A stretch of DNA of 64,000 bases from Naegleria gruberi (taxonomy: Eukaryota). Under the pieces are notes generated by a model that saw nothing but the letters and a program-made list of their open reading frames with translations, made no database searches and was not told the DNA's origin. The stretch's first letter is position 1. Every line of letters begins with the position of its first letter. The DNA is taken from the NCBI GenBank assembly GCA_000004985.1, contig GG738883.1; one strand, written 5' to 3'. The translations under genes and the position numbers were made by a program. Positions 10,156 to 21,641 of this stretch are shown here, one piece after another.

Positions 10156-10980
10156 ATGATAATTTTCATTCCATCATTTAGAAGGTCTATAAAGAATCCT
10201 GCTTATTATTTATGTATTCTTGGCTTGGTGTTTTTAGTGTTGGCCATTGTGTATAGTGTATATTTCTCGAGTAATTATGCTGATTTGCAACCTAAGGCAG
10301 CTATTTGTAGTGTGTTTGATGCCAATACTAAGAGGAGAATATGTTCGGAAGCTGATTGTCAATTGGTGAAAAAGTTTAATGTGAATTCTTATAAATTACC
10401 GACACGGGCTAATATTCATTATTCAGAAACAAAGAAGATGGACCATAAATTTACAATTTCGGAACAAGATATTGGACAGGAGAGTCCTGTTGAATGTATT
10501 GCTGGAATGACCACGTGTTATGAACCTGGATGGGATGTCAATTCGAATCTAAACGAATGGATTAGAAGAATTTCAACTAACATGGTAACAACAGATAAGG
10601 AACAAGCATTGAACATGGTTCAATCATTGACCAATTCAACTGCAGATACATTCTGGAATTGTTATGAAAGATTTGAAATTCTAAATTGGTATTTATCAGA
10701 TTTTCCATTTCTACTTCCAACAACTGATCTGATTTTGATTTGTGTGTTTTATCCTCTTTCAATTTTGGTATTTTCAGTAGCTATTATATTTATCTGGTGG
10801 AGAGTAGCTGTGGCAAGAAAGAATAGAGCACCAACAACAACTGAAACAAGCAACTCAAAGGTAAATTCAAAGAAAAAACAAAGCAAGACTAAATCAAGTG
10901 AAAAGCAACCTCTGGTGATTAATGCTCAACCAAACAATGAATCTAACATGGCACGAACAAATGGAAATTCAATGGTTTAA
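10156..10980 (+). CDS. Hypothetical membrane protein with N- and C-terminal TM helices and a K/S-rich tail
   Basis: ORF with an A-run Kozak context. Hydrophobic segments are ILGLVFLVLAIVYSVYF and ILICVFYPLSILVFSVAIIFIWW. No domain recognised. Confidence 0.4.
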   Translation: MIIFIPSFRRSIKNPAYYLCILGLVFLVLAIVYSVYFSSNYADLQPKAAICSVFDANTKRRICSEADCQLVKKFNVNSYKLPTRANIHYSETKKMDHKFTISEQDIGQESPVECIAGMTTCYEPGWDVNSNLNEWIRRISTNMVTTDKEQALNMVQSLTNSTADTFWNCYERFEILNWYLSDFPFLLPTTDLILICVFYPLSILVFSVAIIFIWWRVAVARKNRAPTTTETSNSKVNSKKKQSKTKSSEKQPLVINAQPNNESNMARTNGNSMV

Positions 10981-11131
10981 ACGGAAACTAATCTCATGAT
11001 GAATTTAGTGAAAATTTTCACTTTTCCTTAATACTATTACACATCCAAACCGATTAGTAAATAGTAAATGTCTTAAATGTGTGTTCGCTTAGAGATGAGG
11101 ACTTATTTCTTTTAAAAAAATAAAACAAAAA

Positions 11132-11828
11132 ATGAAAAGAAAGAGAGAAACTCCAAAAACTCCAACCAAACAAGATCAACGTAATGTTAAGAAAACAGTG
11201 CACCGTCCCGATCATTTAAATGCTTTGGAATATCTTAAAGGTGCTCAACAAGGATGTATAAAGTCGCAATTTAATATTGGATTTTTATATCAAAATGGAA
11301 AAGGAGATAAACAAGATTATTCCAAAGCAATGGAATGGTATTTAAAAGCTGCTGAAAATGGTCATTCAGCATCACAATTTCAAATTGGATGGTTATACAA
11401 GCATGGAAAAGGAGTTAAACAGGATTATTCCAAAGCAATGGAATGGTATTTAAAAGCTGCTGGAAATGGTCATTCAGCATCATATCACAACATTGGATGT
11501 TTATATCAAGCATGGAAAAGGAGTTAAACAGGATTATTCCAAAGCAATGGAGTGGTTTTTAATATCTACTAACAATGGTCATTCAATTCATCATATCACA
11601 ACATTGGATTTTTATATCAAAATGGACAAGGAGTCAAACAAGATTACAAAAAAGCAATGGAATGGTTTCTAAAAGCTGCTGAACATGGTCATTCATGCGC
11701 TCAATTTCAAATTGGATGGTTATACCTTATTGGAAAAGGAGTTCAACATGATTATTGCAAAGCAATGGAATGGATCATAAAAGCTGCTGAGAATGGAAGC
11801 TCTGCAGCCCAAAATTTCATTAATTGAA
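11132..11828 (+). pseudogene. Sel1-repeat array disrupted by at least two frameshifts (candidate pseudogene or assembly error)
   Basis: The intact ORF 11132-11527 has three Sel1 repeats. Further near-identical repeats (KHGKGVKQDYSKAMEWFL..., QNGQGVKQDYKKAMEWFLKAAEHGHSCAQFQIGWLY...) continue in the other two frames. The shift points are identifiable: tatatcaagcatgg versus tatacaagcatgg, and ttcaattcatcat versus ttcagcatcat. The DNA repeats with a ~108-bp period. Confidence 0.45.
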
Positions 11829-12066
11829 ACAAACTGTAAACAAAGTTTCAAATATTTGAAAGAGCAACTTATCATTATTCCACTAAATCAATGAAGACAA
11901 TTTTCTACTCAATAAACTTTCCATCTTTAATCTCAGAGTGTTTCTTTCTTGAATGTTGCTTTTTAGGATCCTTTTTCGCAGATTCTCCATCTGAGCTGTG
12001 CCTTTGTTGATTGATATTATTCGAAACGTGTATAAACTATTTTTGTAATGACTACAAACAAAAAAA

Positions 12067-14333
12067 ATGGCATCAACCGATAAGAAGAAATGGGAAGAAG
12101 CTGTTGAATGTATCCGAAACAATGATTATTCCAAAATTCGTTCCTGCTCACTTCATTCCATCATTAATAATGAATATGATGAACATTTTAATTTTACCTT
12201 GTTGAGATTGGCTTGTAATATGGAAAGAGATGAAATTGTAGAGTATTTACTGACTATTCCGAATATTGATGTGAATCGGATGGTACGTTTTATGATATTT
12301 AATATTTAAATATTTTTAAATATTTTGTAAAGACTCCGTTGGTTTATTGTAAAAAAGTGGAAATTGTAAAATTGTTACTGGGACATTCAAATATTAATGT
12401 CAATCAAGTAGTAAGTAGGAAATTGTGGGTTGTTTTAATTGTTGAATGATTTCTAGTCTGTAAGTTTAGAATAGTTTTATTGGAAACTAAAATAATTAGG
12501 AAGTATGTATGCTGTTTATTTGGAAATTTAGTAATATTCGGAATTGTTAGAATGTATGTTCAGCAATCTCTTGAAAATTAACTCTTTTGATTTTCTGGAT
12601 AAAATAGGTATTTGATAATCAGGTATGGTTCGAATAATTTCGAATAGCTAATTATCTATGATAATTTAGACACCTCTATACCGAGCATGTGTAGAAGGAA
12701 ATCTGGAAATTGTAAAATTATTATTGGAATCACCTTTTATTGATGTAAACAAATTCGTAAGTTTACTATTTATGGAAATTTAATTTCATAAATAGAATCC
12801 TTTGAAAGTTGCATGCAGAAATTGTGATATAGAAATTGTAAAACATCTGATCAATGCACCATCCATTAAAATTGATCCAAGCATATCCGTATGTTTCAAT
12901 TACAATGCAAAAGTTACCAATTTTGGATAAAGAAAGAGATTTTGGAACATGTTGAGGAAAATGTTAGAAAGGAAATGGATCTCAACAGCTTACTTTTGAA
13001 ATATTCGAATCATATTGAAATTATTCAACTACTGAATACTTCAGTAGACATACAGAACAAGATTGACCATTTATATGTGGAGTCAATCAAATATTTACTT
13101 GTTAGAATGATGTTTATTGGATCTGATTGGTCTAAAATTTCGGATACTGGAGAATTTATTTCATCGAACACAAATCTAAATGAGAAAGTAAGAAAATTAG
13201 TATTATCCTACATGGAATATAGCTCAGCCTTTGAACTCTTGCTTTTACAAACGAATAGGAAAGCCTTAATGACCCTTCCTTTAAAACACGTGCTTTCTCA
13301 CAAGAAGGATCAATTTATTTCATGGGAGGAATATGTTGTTTACAATTTGGCTGAATTAATTGCATACAGTTATTCGAAAGTTCAATTTGAACCGAGGAAA
13401 GTTACAAAACTCTCAAATCCAAAAATTGAAAGCATGAATAAGACAATTCTAGGAAAAGGAGGTTACGGAACTGTGTTTAAGGTTAAATTAAACGAGAAGG
13501 ATGTCGCTGAGAAAGTAACTCACTTAATCTCTATTATTGAAATTGAAATACTTGAAAAGATTAATACCTACACAGGAACTGTGGAAATGCTACACCATTT
13601 GCAGTATGATGGAGGGTTTAGGCTATATTTTGAATTGATGGATAGCTCATTGAAAGAGTATTCGATTTGTGGAGATTCATTCCTGAAACTATTTCAAATT
13701 TTGATGGTCTTCTTGAAATGTTCTGGAACCCTCAATAGAATGCACCAAGATGGTATAGTGCACAATGACATTAAGCCTCCAAATATATTGGTTTCCAAGA
13801 TGGAGGTTGGTGGTGAAATACTTATTAAGGATGCCAAAATTGCTGACTTTGATGTTTCACAACAAATTGAGAAAACAGAAACATATAATGTATCGAGGGT
13901 GGGTACATTGGGTTATATGGCACCGGAATTGATTGCTTTAATTAATAATCAACTTCCTAAGGATTTTGAATTCAATAGAAAAGCAATTGATGTCTATAGC
14001 TTTGGAGTTACCATGTATGAATTACTATTTGGAGAAATATATTTGAAAGATAACAATGAACAACGATCTCTACTTTCATTAACCCGTATCAAAAACTCAT
14101 TAAGTGGTCTCATACTAGGATCTGACTCAAGTAGCAGATTAGAAGTTAGTTTAATGCAAAGTTATAATTTTCTAAATGGAGAACAAGTTGAAAAATTGGT
14201 AAATTTGGTAAATGCTTGCACATGTGTAGATCCCAAAAAAAGAAAATCATTTAGTGCCATTCAGGAAGAATTGCTTCAAATTACTATGGATATTTTCACT
14301 CAATACAGAAAAGGATATGTATTAGACTTTTAG
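12067..14333 (+). CDS. Ankyrin-repeat protein kinase, at least 5 exons
   Basis: Exons are 12067-12282, 12333-12410, 12670-12756, 12796-12888 and about 12933-14333. Introns begin GTACGT/GTAAGT/GTATGT and end AG, with lengths 50, 259, 39 and about 44 nt. The last acceptor is uncertain. Exons 1-4 each carry one ankyrin repeat (TPLVYCKKVEIVKLLL, TPLYRACVEGNLEIVKLLL, NPLKVACRNCDIEIVKHLI). The last exon has the kinase motifs GKGGYGTVFKV, HNDIKPPNILV, DFD and GTLGYMAPE, so it is a non-RD kinase. Confidence 0.6.
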
Positions 14334-14469
14334 TATCCAACCCTAACAATTTGTGGGTAAAGTTAATTTTCTTTTTATCTTTCATTTTCACTCAAGCCAG
14401 AAACAAAACTAAATGTTTACTTCAGAAATAAATTTCATTAAATTTGCACAGTTTATTGGTTTGCAAGTT

Positions 14470-15849
14470 TTAAACAGCTGATGCTTCAACATAAATATTG
14501 GTTGCCACAGTTGGAGCAGTTCCAAACTTGATAGTAATAGCAGTTGTTGATACACTTTGAATGCTCCAATAGGTGGACCAAGTTGGAGTGAATGAAAATT
14601 TGATTGGTACCCTTTCGAATGCACTATCGAATGTGAGTGTCGCTGTGGTGGATCCAGCAGCTACACTAACAGTCTTTGATTGTTTCAAAACAATTCCAAT
14701 AAATGTACCATCAGCACTCAATGCATTGAAATTCAACTTGCTTCCAGCAATATTGTAAAAGATTGTAGATCCAAACAAATTCTTGGCACCACCAGCAGTA
14801 ATTCCAGCATCCAAATTGACAAATCTGCAAGAGTAGAAGCTGAAACGTCCCTTATATTCATCATAACCAACAGCAGTACTTCCATGAAGATTACCCAAGA
14901 AGAGAACTGAATAAAAGTCAACTGTAGCAGCCTTTGGAACTGAAACCATTGTCTTTTGATTTTCAAAGGCACCTCCTGTCATGAGTAAATTAACATTTAC
15001 AGCACCTGGCAATGAAGAATCAAAACGAATACCATAAGTATCCTTGGTGTAATCTCCATCTCCTGGATAATAGCTCAAATGACAATTTGACATTTGGAAA
15101 GCAACAGCATTGAAAGTATTATCAGAACCAGCATTTCTAAAAACAATATTTGATGATTGAGTTGCTTTTGCTGTTCCCAAAGTAAACATGGAAGTGTCAA
15201 AGTGGACAAAAGCATTCCAATTTTCAGCGTCCATAGAATCGACAATTAAATTGTGCTCAGTTGCACCATTCAAGTTCAAATTATCAAATTTCAACCATTG
15301 GTAACCGTTCAATCTCATGTTGGAAATGGCAACATTAGGATTGTTATTCTTAACATAAACTCTTTCGAATTGTGAGATGGAAACCAAATCCAAATCAACC
15401 ATTGGTGAACCAGTTGATGAACCAGTGTTTACAAATGCCAAATCAAAAACTTTAAATCCCTTTACATTTTGCATTGGTGATGCATTGTTACCGACCTTAA
15501 CTTTACCAGCTCCACGAAGATAGAGAACAGAGGATTGGGTACCTTCACCCATCAATGTAACACCATCTTTAACAATTGTCAAATTGGAGGAAATGGTATA
15601 CATGCCCTTTGGGAAGAAGATTCTTACACCAATATTGTATGGTTGGGAATTGGTACTGTCAGATGTTGTTGAAATGTACGTGTTGATAATGTTGGTAATA
15701 ACAGGAGCACAATCGTATGTGGATGCACCAGTCAAAATACCTGCCTGTTCAGAAGATGGAATGTTGTCAAGAATGTTGACAGTGGTTGCGTTACAGAAAG
15801 CAATGACAAGAGCCAAGCTCAATAAAACAACAGTGAATTGCTTTAACAT
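14470..15849 (-). CDS. Secreted right-handed beta-helix protein (pectate-lyase-3/PbH1-like)
   Basis: The likely start is the internal Met at 15849 (MLKQFTVVLLSLALVIAFCNA, a signal peptide), not the upstream ATG at 16044. TYDCAPVITNIINTYIS...IFFPKGMYTISSNLTIVKDGVTLMGEG resembles the pectate_lyase_3 N-terminal motif. The remainder is N/G/S-rich with beta-helix periodicity. Confidence 0.55.
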   Translation of the reverse strand: MLKQFTVVLLSLALVIAFCNATTVNILDNIPSSEQAGILTGASTYDCAPVITNIINTYISTTSDSTNSQPYNIGVRIFFPKGMYTISSNLTIVKDGVTLMGEGTQSSVLYLRGAGKVKVGNNASPMQNVKGFKVFDLAFVNTGSSTGSPMVDLDLVSISQFERVYVKNNNPNVAISNMRLNGYQWLKFDNLNLNGATEHNLIVDSMDAENWNAFVHFDTSMFTLGTAKATQSSNIVFRNAGSDNTFNAVAFQMSNCHLSYYPGDGDYTKDTYGIRFDSSLPGAVNVNLLMTGGAFENQKTMVSVPKAATVDFYSVLFLGNLHGSTAVGYDEYKGRFSFYSCRFVNLDAGITAGGAKNLFGSTIFYNIAGSKLNFNALSADGTFIGIVLKQSKTVSVAAGSTTATLTFDSAFERVPIKFSFTPTWSTYWSIQSVSTTAITIKFGTAPTVATNIYVEASAV

Positions 15850-16226
15850 GTTTTTTCTTTGTGGTGGAATTGTCAGTGTCTGCCGGCCATCCTTCTTGTG
15901 TGAATAAACATTGTTACTTGTTGCTATTCCACTACCTCCAAATATGGATGTCTTCAAGTCAACCGCTTGTTGATTTGCAACAAGTAAAGTACTAATTGCG
16001 AAAGGCATTACGAAATAAAAAGCATGTCGAAAGTACGTTTCCAAATTATAAAAGCAAAATTACCTTTTAGAATATTTTCTAAATTGTCGTTGTAATTGGC
16101 TGTTGGTTGACTTGACTTGTAAGTTGCCTTTTCTAAATTAGTGCCAGTATCAATAGATCGATGTTACTCTCCTCACCACGATAATTCCATTTGAGAATTT
16201 CTATACAACAAGCTTTAATTATTTCA

Positions 16227-17849
16227 TTAACCACCACTCTCAATATTATTTCTTGTCAAGAACACGTTATCATATTCGAAAGATAGTCTTTCTTTGAGAG
16301 CTTCTTCATAGGGAATAGCTGGGTGACCAATCTCACAAAATAGCCCTGCATGTCGTGCTAATTCAATTGCTATATCTTTGCTTTTTGAAATATAATTTAC
16401 AAACTCTGCTGCCATACCAGAACGCTGTTTTAGTGTGAACAAAAGCATTGACTCATCCGTAATGTACAAATGTCTAATATCGTTATTGTTTCGTATTAGA
16501 CTAGGATTTGCTACTAGTGCCCTTTTTATATAGTCTCTATCAGATAGTTGACTGTTTGTGAGTTTGTGTTGACTACCGAATGTTTTTGAATGTTTGAGAC
16601 ATTCAAGAAGGAATTCTTCATCCTCCAACATTGAGGGAAGTATATCAATGGTAATATCTTCTGATAAAGTCTTGATTATTAGATTCTTATTTGTCTTTAA
16701 ATGATGTGAAAGAAAGTGATAGACTTTCGGGTTCACTTTGAGTGCTTTTTCAGCAAACTCGATATCGTTCAGCAGATGATTTGGTAAATGTTTGATATAC
16801 TCTGATTTGACAATAGTTTCCAATATTAAATCTTCGGTCATTGAAGAAATTAATTGTTCTTGTAATAACTTGATTTCCCAACAAACATTAATTACATGTT
16901 CAATAGCTAGGGGATTTTGAGATAATGCTTGTTTTACAATATTCTTATCAGACCTCAATCGTATAGATGCATATTGAAGAGCCAAACCATTCTGCTTTAC
17001 AGCCAATAGCACAATTTCACTTTGATCTCTCATTACTTCATTCGCAAACTCCAGTGCAAGCCCATTTTGCTTCACTGCAATTTTAACAATAGAGTAAGGT
17101 ACATCTCTAGAGCAAAAATTCAGAGCCAATCCATTTTGTGTAACAGCAATTTGAACAATGTCTAAATCATTCTGAAATTTTGAAAATACTTTCAAATTGA
17201 GTCCATTCCAACTGATGAATAATCTGGCCAGTTTCTTATCCACCAGTTTCGATTCATCTAAATAATTAATATCTCCCTTTGCAGCAGCAGTAATAACATC
17301 CTCATCATATTCCAACTCATTTCCAATAAAGTAAATATTGAATGGATTGACTTTTAAAACTCTCAATATAAATTCCTTATTTTCCAAATACTTTGAGGGA
17401 AGATTATGCAAAGTAAATCCAGTTTTTTCCATTGCAACCTCAATCACATCTTCATCATAGGCAATACTCGGATCTCCATAGTGAATCATTGCTCCAGACA
17501 TTGAGAGGGCCCTCTTTAATATTTCCTTATCTAACAACCATGAAGGAAAGGAACCTCTCGCATGATCAATATAAAGTTGTCCATTTTGATTCACTGCCTC
17601 CAATACAACATTTCTACAGGCCATAAACTCGACAGGAATCAGACGAATTTCCCTCCACGAAATTATACTCTTTAATTTCCATGTTTTTAGTTCAATATTG
17701 AGAAAATCATCTCTTCTTCGGAACCATTTGCACAGATTTTCCTGTTGACTATTAAATTTTCTTCGTAATAATTTGCTGTAAATTCCCTCCGATAATTGGA
17801 AATCTATTAATTCAAAAATCACCAGAGCAGATGTTGGATCTAAATGCAT
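16227..17849 (-). CDS. DUF4116-type repeat protein
   Basis: There are about ten tandem ~36-aa repeats of the form ..D.E(I/V)VL.AV.QNGLAL.(F/Y)AS..L(R/K).D. Examples are DQSEIVLLAVKQNGLALQYASIRLRSDKNIVKQALSQN and VPYSIVKIAVKQNGLALEFANEVMRD. A paralog lies at 58631-60523. Confidence 0.6.
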   Translation of the reverse strand: MHLDPTSALVIFELIDFQLSEGIYSKLLRRKFNSQQENLCKWFRRRDDFLNIELKTWKLKSIISWREIRLIPVEFMACRNVVLEAVNQNGQLYIDHARGSFPSWLLDKEILKRALSMSGAMIHYGDPSIAYDEDVIEVAMEKTGFTLHNLPSKYLENKEFILRVLKVNPFNIYFIGNELEYDEDVITAAAKGDINYLDESKLVDKKLARLFISWNGLNLKVFSKFQNDLDIVQIAVTQNGLALNFCSRDVPYSIVKIAVKQNGLALEFANEVMRDQSEIVLLAVKQNGLALQYASIRLRSDKNIVKQALSQNPLAIEHVINVCWEIKLLQEQLISSMTEDLILETIVKSEYIKHLPNHLLNDIEFAEKALKVNPKVYHFLSHHLKTNKNLIIKTLSEDITIDILPSMLEDEEFLLECLKHSKTFGSQHKLTNSQLSDRDYIKRALVANPSLIRNNNDIRHLYITDESMLLFTLKQRSGMAAEFVNYISKSKDIAIELARHAGLFCEIGHPAIPYEEALKERLSFEYDNVFLTRNNIESGG

Positions 17850-17986
17850 TTAAATTGTTTTTTTTAAAAGAAATTTTTATTTATTTTACAATTTTATGTT
17901 TTAATATTTTACGATTGAATGAACAAGACAGGTTTAATGTAATATTGAATGAATAAATGTGATTTTGAGAGTGAAACTATTGAAAT

Positions 17987-20900
17987 TTAGTTGGATTTTG
18001 ATTCGAGAATTGATTTCAGCTTATTCAATTCTGACATAATCTCAGTAAATGAAGGACGAACAGACGGATCCTTATCCCAACAAACTTGCATCAGCTCAAG
18101 ATACTTCCTAGTAAATTCTGATAATATCTCCAATGGCAATTTCTTCTCTGTTGGTAACACAAACTCACTCAACCAAATATTCATCTCCTCATTGGTAGAG
18201 AAGGGTATTTTAGGTCTTGACCCCTTTAACACTCTGCATAGAATAGTATATTCATTCGTGCTGTTTGTTGCATCATTTGATCCAAATCTGTGAATTTTGA
18301 AAACTCTGGAATTACAATAACAGTGTTCCTCAAAGAAAACTTCCCACATAATAATGGAGAAACTGTACACATCAACTTTGGTGGTATAGGATCCACTTTC
18401 AATCATTTCGGAGGCCATGTAGAAAACTGTGCCGATGTTCTTAGTTGAGGCACTATCAGTGGGTGTTGATAATCCAAAATCTGAAACCTTTCCAACAAAA
18501 TCATTACTAATGAGTATATTTCCTGGTTTTAAATCTCTATTTATGGAAATCAATAAAAAAACTTAAATTAACTAAAGAAACATACCTGTGAATCAATGGA
18601 GGATTCAATGTGTGAAGATATTTCATTCCATTGGCAATTGAAATTAAAATATCAAGTTTTCCTTTCAAATTCAAAGGAGAAACTCCTATTCTTGAATTGT
18701 AAATCAATCGATCCAAACTTCCATTACCAATGTACTCCACAACCATGTATTTGTTGTTGGAGGTCTTGGAAATTCCATAAAATTTGACAATATTTGGATG
18801 AGATAAACTATTTAAAATTGCTGCCTCTCGTTCAAACTCACCAACTTCATCACCGGTAGTATCTGACTTGAGTGCTTTGATGGCAACTTGTTTACCTTTC
18901 CATTTACCCAAATAAACAACACCATTACTTCCCTCTCCTATTTTCTTTTCAATTGAAATTTCCTCAATTGGAATAATCAAAGATTGTGAAGTAAAGGATT
19001 TATCTGAAGTTACCAAAAGTGGTTGACTTAAAGAATTGAATGAATTTTCAATAATTACGTCTTCCAAATTCTTTTCGGCAATTTCCTTTCTCTTGAGAAG
19101 GTTTAGTTTCATATAAACATGTCTCACTCCTCTAAAAGTAAGAAACAATAAAAGAATGATAAAAATCATTAAGAGAATTCCAAGAACCACACTGATTGGA
19201 ATTATTATTTGCTCAGAATTATCAGTATCAATACAAACAAAACCAGTAGAAAGTGGATTTTGAAGTACTTTTCCTTTTGGACAATCTGCAATATTAATAG
19301 TGATATTTTGAACAATATTTTGGATTGTAATATATCCATGCACTTGTCTCAGTTGCATTTTGTCTATGTCAAGTGAATAGGTTACAGAATTAAGTTGATT
19401 TGGAATAAGCTTTTTCGAATAAATCGTACCCTCTGATAAGGAAACAACGTCCACTTGACTTTGTAATTTCTTGACTGAAACCCTTTCTCCTTTACCCGTA
19501 TAGGTCTGTAAATTTCCTATACTAATGGTCAGCTCTTGTCCTGGGTATTGTGAATAGATAACATCTTGGTTTTGAATGAATTTGGAAACAACACTAGTAG
19601 CAGATATAACTTCTACAGTAAATGTTATATTATTTAGAGGTTCTCCAATGATATCTCCATATGATCCGGCTTCATTATTATCCTCCATGAGAAAACTTGA
19701 TACAATAATATAAGGACCTGGCTCTGAAATATAAATACAACCTCCTGAGAATACAGCACGATTGTATGAACACTTCAAATAATCCAAAAGCACTAATGGT
19801 TTTGGGTTTTCAACAAAAATAGCACCTCCAAGTTGTGCCGTATTATGTGTATTCGTTGAAGCTCTCAAATCCAAAGCATCTGTTCCCAATAATTTGGCAT
19901 AGATAGCACCTCCCATTTGGGCACTATTGTTGTTTGCGAGTAGTCTTAATGAAATTGCCAATCCTTCAACATAGACAGCACCTCCTCTCACTGCCTTGTT
20001 TCCATTGAATGTGCAATCATTAATTTGAATGATATTTGCCTTTATATAAACTCCATGTTGTATTGTTAAATCACCATTGTAGTTAAAATCACAATAATTC
20101 ATTAATAAAGATGATTGGGCAACATCCATCAACGAATCAATACGTATGGAAATACTAGAATTTCTAAAGTTAGTTTGAAATAGTGCAATGTAATTACTTT
20201 GAGAAACGCTGATACCATTTTTAACATTATTGAAATTATTAGAGAGGAACATTGTTTGTAAAGTGTTAGCAATTTGGAGTACTGGACTGTTTGCCAGTAA
20301 ATTATGAAATTCATTGAATCCAATTTTTAAAGAATTAATGTTATAGGCGTAGAATTGAAATTCGCCATCACTCACATTGTTGTTTTCAAATTTTGAAGAT
20401 GCCAAAAAGCTCTGTCGAATGGTTACAGAGCCAGTGAAGGTATTTTGTGAAATTTCAGAGGTTCTACAAATCAAAAAATCAGAATCTTTCACTCTACTGC
20501 GCAATAAGGAAAATCTTAGCTCAACCATATTGTCTCTATCAGATAGAGAAGAGGAAATAAATTGATACTTTTCAATGGTACAATTATTGAAAAATGTGCC
20601 AGGATTTAAAGATGGAGTCTCTTGTGTGTGTTTGATGTTTTTAAGTGTGGAATTTGCAAAATTTGCTGTAACAGTTGCGTAAAATTCAACAAATTCTAAT
20701 TGAGAATTTACAACAGACACAGAAATTGTTCCAAACTGACGACTTGGTTCATAAATTACTGAATTAAGTAGAATGGAATTCTCAATCTCTATCAATGGAA
20801 CAGCAACCAAACTGTTGCCACCATTGTTCAAAGTAAAATCAAAAAGTTTCAATCCCGACAACTTTAATCCATTCATGGCATTTAAATAAGTAAAGAAAGA

Positions 20901-21446
20901 TCCTCCATTACATTCAAATTGAATCCTCTTACTTTGATCAAATGATTCCAAGATCAAACTTTGCAATGGTTGATAACATACTATTCCACACTTGTATTCT
21001 CCATCCATCAAGTAGACATGAACTCTAGAAAATCTAATAGAATTGGCATAGGAAATAGCCTCTTCTACACTCTTGCAAGGGTTATTAGGGGATGTACAAT
21101 TGCGTTCTGTATTTAAGGATGACGGCTTAACATAGACAAATACATAACCAGATGACAATTGTTGATCAAATGATGATGATGTCGTTGTTGTTGTTGAATT
21201 ATCAACCAGAGCATTAATTACCACTGGTAGGCACATGAAAAGCAAAAAGAAAATCGGGGATATTTTCAGTGGAGTCATTTTTCTTGTTTTTGGAAGTGGG
21301 AAGAGATTCCAGTTCAATTTAATCTGGATAGCTGCTGAGGTAGGCACATTCTTCTGATCTTTATCGGAGAAGTAACTGTAATTAAGTATCCTTACTTTCG
21401 AAAGTAAGTTGATGATAAACTTTGATGCAGACAATGTCAATACCAT
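17987..21446 (-). CDS. Receptor-like Ser/Thr (TKL-like) kinase with a Pmp-type beta-helix ectodomain; 2 exons
   Basis: Exons are 21446-18586 and 18536-17987. The 49-nt intron (18537-18585, GTATGT...ATAG) splits the catalytic loop as IHR|DLKPGNILI. The signal peptide is MTPLKISPIFFLLFMCLPVVINA. Ectodomain repeats are GGAVYVEG, MGGAIYAK, LGGAIFVEN and SGGCIYISE. The TM segment is IIPISVVLGILLMIFIILLLFL. The kinase shows KIGEGSNGVVYLGKWKGKQVAIK...DFGLS...DVYSFSIIMWE. Confidence 0.75.
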
Positions 21447-21641
21447 TGGAGTTCTTTAGATTTTTGGAGTTGTGATTAAAGTTGGGAACTGTCTGGCACC
21501 AATTACTTTGGGACTGACAATTACGTTAGGTATTTCATTGGGAACAGGTATTGGTCTATGTCTAGAATCCTTAGCTTTTATTCTCTCAAAAGTTTTTGTA
21601 ATTTTGTTAAAGAATCTCAAGACAACGACAATTGATTTTAT

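Noticed and set aside
12889-12932. Exact acceptor of the last intron of the ankyrin-kinase gene
   Set aside because: The nearest AG (12912-13) breaks the frame. Frame-preserving acceptors exist at 12931-32 (AAG) or 12970-71, and I chose the first. It cannot be settled without transcript data, so the exon boundary is reported as approximate.
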